From a virus (taxonomy: Duplodnaviria > Caudoviricetes): a stretch of DNA of 45,423 bases. The position numbers were made by a program, and so were the translations under genes. Numbering within the stretch: position 1 is the stretch's first letter; each line of letters starts with the position of its first letter. Of this stretch, positions 41,932 to 45,423 are shown one piece after another. The stretch is taken from positions 1 to 45,423 of IMG/VR virus record IMGVR_UViG_3300030106_005823; one strand, written 5' to 3'. Under the pieces are notes generated by a model. That model did no database searches, had not been told where the DNA came from, and saw only the letters and a list, made by a program, of their open reading frames with translations.

Positions 41932-42639
41932 ATGAATATTATGAAAGACCTTACTGCATACCTTGCGTCCACCGAAATTGCAGCGGTGGATAATGAAGCG
42001 CTTGCCAACGCCATTGTCGAGACGGTGGAGGACACCGAGTCTGGCACTGGCAGCAATTTTGATTTTATGTCGTTTAGCGGGAAGCGCTCAGTTTGGGAAT
42101 TAGGCCGCGACAAAGAGCAGCCCGAGGAAGATGAGTATTTTATCGTCGAGCCAAGTACATTCTCGAAAGGGTGGACGTGCTGGAAATCAAATCAGGTTGT
42201 GGGGCGGCACGAGTGGTTGGCGACAGAGCCCGAAAAAGCTGTCGCGCGTGATGACCTTGCCGACCACAACATCACTCGTGACGGTGATGGATGGAAAGAA
42301 ACTTTGTTGTTTGGATTAGTGCGCGTTGACAACTTGCGTGCAGTTAAATTCTCGACAACCAGTGTGTCGGGTCGCAACAGCGTGAAGGACTTGTTCATGA
42401 AAGTGGCGGACCGCATGCGTTTGAAAGAGCCGGCAATGCCGGTGGTGCAGTTAACCAAAGAAGAATTTACTGCGCAGGAGCAGAAAAACTGGAAGCCGAT
42501 ATTTGACGTCGCTGGCTGGCTAGAACCGCAGGACGCCAAGGCGTTTTTGCTTGGCGATATTGATTTGGATCAGGCCATGGACGGTGAGGAACCGAAGAGA
42601 GGCCGTAGGGCTTCAAAGAAACGCGCCGCGCGTAGGTAG
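41932..42639 (+). CDS. Putative ssDNA-binding / recombination protein
   Basis: Between exonuclease and polymerase; F..F.GK..W..G, GW.CWK, F.TTS.SG and PVV.L..P.F...GW motifs. Confidence 0.6.
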   Translation: MNIMKDLTAYLASTEIAAVDNEALANAIVETVEDTESGTGSNFDFMSFSGKRSVWELGRDKEQPEEDEYFIVEPSTFSKGWTCWKSNQVVGRHEWLATEPEKAVARDDLADHNITRDGDGWKETLLFGLVRVDNLRAVKFSTTSVSGRNSVKDLFMKVADRMRLKEPAMPVVQLTKEEFTAQEQKNWKPIFDVAGWLEPQDAKAFLLGDIDLDQAMDGEEPKRGRRASKKRAARR

Positions 42640-42651
42640 CTTACAAAGAAT

Positions 42652-42688
42652 TAGGCCCCGGCCGGTTGCCCGGTCGAGGCCTAGTTCT
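42652..42688 (+). terminator. Putative terminator after the SSB gene
   Basis: TAGGCC..GGCCGG / CCGGTCGAGGCCTA long stem followed by GTTCT. Confidence 0.5.
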
Positions 42689-42741
42689 CGATATATGTGT
42701 GTTAAACGTGCCGTGTTGTGCTTTGGTACCAGGAGACCATC

Positions 42742-44556
42742 GTGAGTGATGGAGATGACATTGTATCTAACTACCTCGGTAAGGGGTACAAGCTAGTCAC
42801 TAGTAAGGGGGCTCTTAGCTATGTCATTAAAGCTATGGCGAAGTCGTCTGGGGGCACAGCCCTAGATTTTGAGACCACAAGTTTGGAGCCTAGCGAGGGG
42901 CGGGTGCGTCTTGTATCCCTATGCAACCGCGGCGTTCGCGCGCTGGTTGACTTTGATTGCATCAAAGGCGGGTTTGAGGGGTGCGCCCGCATGTTTGACC
43001 TGGGCGGCAAATACATCGTATTCAACACCTTCTTTGAATCGAAGTGGTTTAATCATTACGGTGCCCGGCCTGAAATCATTGACGCATGGTGGCTGCGCTG
43101 CGCCACCCTTGGCGGCGGCCGTACATCCCTAGCTAGGTGGGTAGGCTTCGAGTTTGACTACAACATGGACAAGAGCCAACAGGTCAGCGACTGGTCAGCT
43201 GCTGAGTTGACTCAGGAGCAGCTTGACTACGCGTTTCTTGACGCCGCTTTTACGTGGGAATTGTGGGTGCGGTACGCAGAGCAGATGGACCAGGGACAGT
43301 GGGACGCTGCGCACCTCTTTAATGCATTGGTGCCCCCTGTTACGGAGATGCAGGAGACCGGCCTATTGCTCGACATAAAGAAGCACAAGCGCCTCACCAA
43401 ACGATGGAGGCGCGAGCAGCTTAATCATGAGCGGCGCGTGCGCGCGTTGGTGCCTGAGTCTGAGGTTAAACTCATTAACAGCAACGCCCAGTGGTCGGAC
43501 TACTTTGGTCGGGTAATGCCCGAGAGCTGGCTTAATAAGTGGCCGCGCACCGGAAAGTCTGGTCACTTGTCGATGCAGGGTGCGACATTGAAAGCGCTGG
43601 CTGCCAGCGCTCCAGTCGACAGCCCTTTGCGCGAGTGCTTTGAAGCGCTGGTTGAGTACAACCATGTCAGCAAGTACGTGTCCAGCTTTGGCGATGCGTT
43701 GACCACCGCTGCAACGATGCATTCCGACCATCGCATCCGGGCGCGCTACAACATTGCCGCGGCCAAAACTTGCCGCTTTAGTTCGAGCGCCCCCAATGTG
43801 CAGCAGGTGCCGCGAGGCGAGGACGTACGCATGTCGTTTGTTTCGCCGCCCGGCCGGGTCATTGTGTCGTTGGACTATAGCGCGATTGAGTTGCGCGTAC
43901 TGGCACTGCTCACCGAAGACGACCAGCTGCTTGAAGACGTTGTCTATGGCGATGTGCACAGCGAGGTTGCCGCGGTTGTCGCGGGGGCTCCTATTGACAA
44001 GACGACGCCCGAAGGAAAGGCCGCGCGAACAGCGGCGAAGGGGATATCTTTTGGCATTATTTATGGCAGCGGTGCCGGCGGCATTGCATACAGCATGCAC
44101 ACCAGCATCGAACGCGCGCAGTCGTTTATCGACTATTGGGCAGACCGGTATCCGCGCGCTTTTGATTTGCGCAACCAGATGATGGAAGAAGCGCGCAAGA
44201 CTGGCCGCATTCGCGTGGTTGATGGGGGCACCATTTGGATGACGCGCAAACCTGAGCTGCCAAAGTGCGCAAACTATCCTGTTCAGCGAGCCGCGTTATC
44301 AGTTATGGCGCGAGCTATCATTCGACATCACGCTGCGCTTATCGACCTGCGCAAGGACCGTGCGTACGCCAGCGTCAGGATGGCGGCCACTATTCACGAC
44401 GCCTTGATGGATGAGGCACCAAAGCGTTGCGCCAAGACGGTGCTGAATTTGATGGAGCGAGACATGACCGCCGGCTACCTAGACGTGTTTCCAGGCGCGC
44501 CGACTGAGGGGCTTGTCGAAGGCGGGATTGGCAAAAGCTGGGGGGCGCTGCAGTAG
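42742..44556 (+). CDS. polA: Family A DNA polymerase with 3'-5' exonuclease
   Basis: DFET (ExoI), YAFLDA (ExoIII), RFSSSAPNVQQ, motif A DYSAIELRVLA, motif B KGISFGIIYG, motif C IHDA; AGGAG RBS before GTG 42742. Confidence 0.95.
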   Translation: MSDGDDIVSNYLGKGYKLVTSKGALSYVIKAMAKSSGGTALDFETTSLEPSEGRVRLVSLCNRGVRALVDFDCIKGGFEGCARMFDLGGKYIVFNTFFESKWFNHYGARPEIIDAWWLRCATLGGGRTSLARWVGFEFDYNMDKSQQVSDWSAAELTQEQLDYAFLDAAFTWELWVRYAEQMDQGQWDAAHLFNALVPPVTEMQETGLLLDIKKHKRLTKRWRREQLNHERRVRALVPESEVKLINSNAQWSDYFGRVMPESWLNKWPRTGKSGHLSMQGATLKALAASAPVDSPLRECFEALVEYNHVSKYVSSFGDALTTAATMHSDHRIRARYNIAAAKTCRFSSSAPNVQQVPRGEDVRMSFVSPPGRVIVSLDYSAIELRVLALLTEDDQLLEDVVYGDVHSEVAAVVAGAPIDKTTPEGKAARTAAKGISFGIIYGSGAGGIAYSMHTSIERAQSFIDYWADRYPRAFDLRNQMMEEARKTGRIRVVDGGTIWMTRKPELPKCANYPVQRAALSVMARAIIRHHAALIDLRKDRAYASVRMAATIHDALMDEAPKRCAKTVLNLMERDMTAGYLDVFPGAPTEGLVEGGIGKSWGALQ

Positions 44557-44557
44557 C

Positions 44558-44585
44558 TTGCGTCAGGTACCGACCAGTGTATGAT
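44558..44585 (+). promoter_or_regulatory. Sigma70-like promoter with operator variant
   Basis: TTGCGT-16-TATGAT; TCAGGTACCGA overlaps the spacer. Confidence 0.5.
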
Positions 44586-44620
44586 TTTTGTTGGCTAATA
44601 AACCTCTGAGGAGACTGACT

Positions 44621-44941
44621 ATGCCCAAGGCTGAAGTGCCATTGGCGGAGCTGCTTATCCGCCGCAACGATCTGAAAGATAAGCTAGAGCGGGTGAAGCC
44701 GCTGACCAACCGAGACTTGTACGGCCAAAAGGTGCAGCGAATTTCTGTGTCTGATTCAGTAGACGAGGTTACGGTGCAAGTTCCTCGGCTGAGCTACGAT
44801 GAAATTGACGGCAATTGGAACCACATCTCACGTCAGTTACGCAAAGTAGACGCTTTAATTCAGCGCACTAATTGGGAGACTCAGGTCGCTATAGACCCAG
44901 AACTCCTACAAGATTATCGTGCGCCCGCATTGGAAAATTGA
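44621..44941 (+). CDS. DUF6847/DIP1984-like coiled-coil protein
   Basis: LAELL.RR.DL..KL N-terminus and LR.VD..IQ.TNWET.V C-terminus; GAGGAG RBS. Confidence 0.75.
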   Translation: MPKAEVPLAELLIRRNDLKDKLERVKPLTNRDLYGQKVQRISVSDSVDEVTVQVPRLSYDEIDGNWNHISRQLRKVDALIQRTNWETQVAIDPELLQDYRAPALEN

Positions 44942-44949
44942 ACGCGCAC

Positions 44950-44985
44950 AAGGGGCGGCACTAAATTGCCGCCCCTTACTTTTTC
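44950..44985 (+). terminator. Terminator-like hairpin after the DUF6847-like gene
   Basis: AAGGGGCGGCA-CTAAAT-TGCCGCCCCTT followed by ACTTTTTC. Confidence 0.6.
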
Positions 44986-45250
44986 AGGTGGCACCTTGCG
45001 CTGCGGCTCAGGGTTCCACCTGAAAAGGTGAGGATGTGTGGAGGTACGGGTTTGCCGGGTGTCCCGTAAACACCCGAAGCGATGGCCGTCGCTGTTGCCC
45101 GTAAGTTCTGGTAGGCCAGAATTGTGTAGTTACGCTGTTACTCCAAAGTCCCTGACTCCGAAGGCCCCTATTCCCGTAGCCCGTAGCTCCGAGTTCCCTA
45201 ACAACTCTTGTCCGTTTTCCGAAGGCACCGACCTCCAGGCCTCACTTTTT
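44978..45250 (+). ncRNA. Candidate structured non-coding RNA with a periodic C-tract loop
   Basis: Long-range pairing 45023-45045 with 45231-45250, a multi-stem junction at 45045-45121, and a TGTTA/TAACA stem enclosing eight C-tracts. Confidence 0.6.
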
Positions 45251-45251
45251 C

Positions 45252-45423
45252 ACATGAGGAGATTAGTAATGCGAATAGATGTTCTTGACCACGGCTACAT
45301 TAGCCTAGAGCACCACCTTGGCGGGGACTGCGCAGTAGTCGCTGCAGCGCGCGTCAGCTACAACAGCAACCGTAATCAAAGGCGCGAAGTTGACGCTGAC
45401 ACCAAGCTGCTGCAATACCTGTG
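45252..45423. repeat. Terminal direct repeat / circular overlap (copy 2; 5' end of thyX)
   Basis: Matches 1-172 with 5 transitions. Confidence 0.95.

Noticed and set aside
37938-44100. Long antisense ORFs (37938-38828, 39644-40519, 43363-44100)
   Set aside because: Shadows of well-conserved GC3-rich genes, with no RBS/promoter support and no protein-like motifs, unlike the nested ORF at 14260
44942-45250. tRNA, tmRNA or group I intron
   Set aside because: No cloverleaf, T-loop GTTCRA or CCA end, and no interrupted gene or recognisable P7 core
1-45423. Temperate lifestyle module or Z-base (purZ) system
   Set aside because: No integrase, CI/Cro pair, parA, protelomerase or purZ-like ORF recognised

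Overview
The window is an apparently complete ~45.25-kb dsDNA phage genome. It is circularised or terminally redundant: 45252-45423 repeats 1-172 with 5 substitutions. The architecture is that of a BPP-1/T7-type podovirus, with no RNA polymerase, integrase or reverse transcriptase detected. The minus strand (34928 down to 1773) carries primase-helicase, resolvase, terminases, portal, scaffold, major capsid, cement, tail adaptor and nozzle, GNAT, internal virion proteins including a 3195-aa polyvalent protein, tail fibres and a lysis cluster. The plus strand (35086 to 44941, then 18 to 1724) carries early genes, ArdC, SNF2 helicase, a Cas4-like exonuclease, SSB, family-A DNA polymerase, a DUF6847/DIP1984-like protein and ThyX. 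Four observations stand out. (1) The 3195-aa protein strings together RelA/SpoT-like, HhH-glycosylase-like, ADP-ribosyltransferase-like and HExxH domains; the first two are each followed by a small nested gene with its own RBS (one antisense with an extended -10 promoter, one out of frame), and both cassettes end at a repeated LEQxPAL boundary, suggesting hidden toxin-immunity cassettes. (2) The DUF6847-like gene is followed by a ~300-nt highly structured non-coding RNA candidate whose large loop holds eight C-tracts spaced 7-9 nt apart. (3) A TCAG-N3-CTGA operator sits inside most early promoters. (4) A 15-aa Lys-Pro peptide gene follows the endolysin. All family assignments come from motif recognition by eye, not from database searches.
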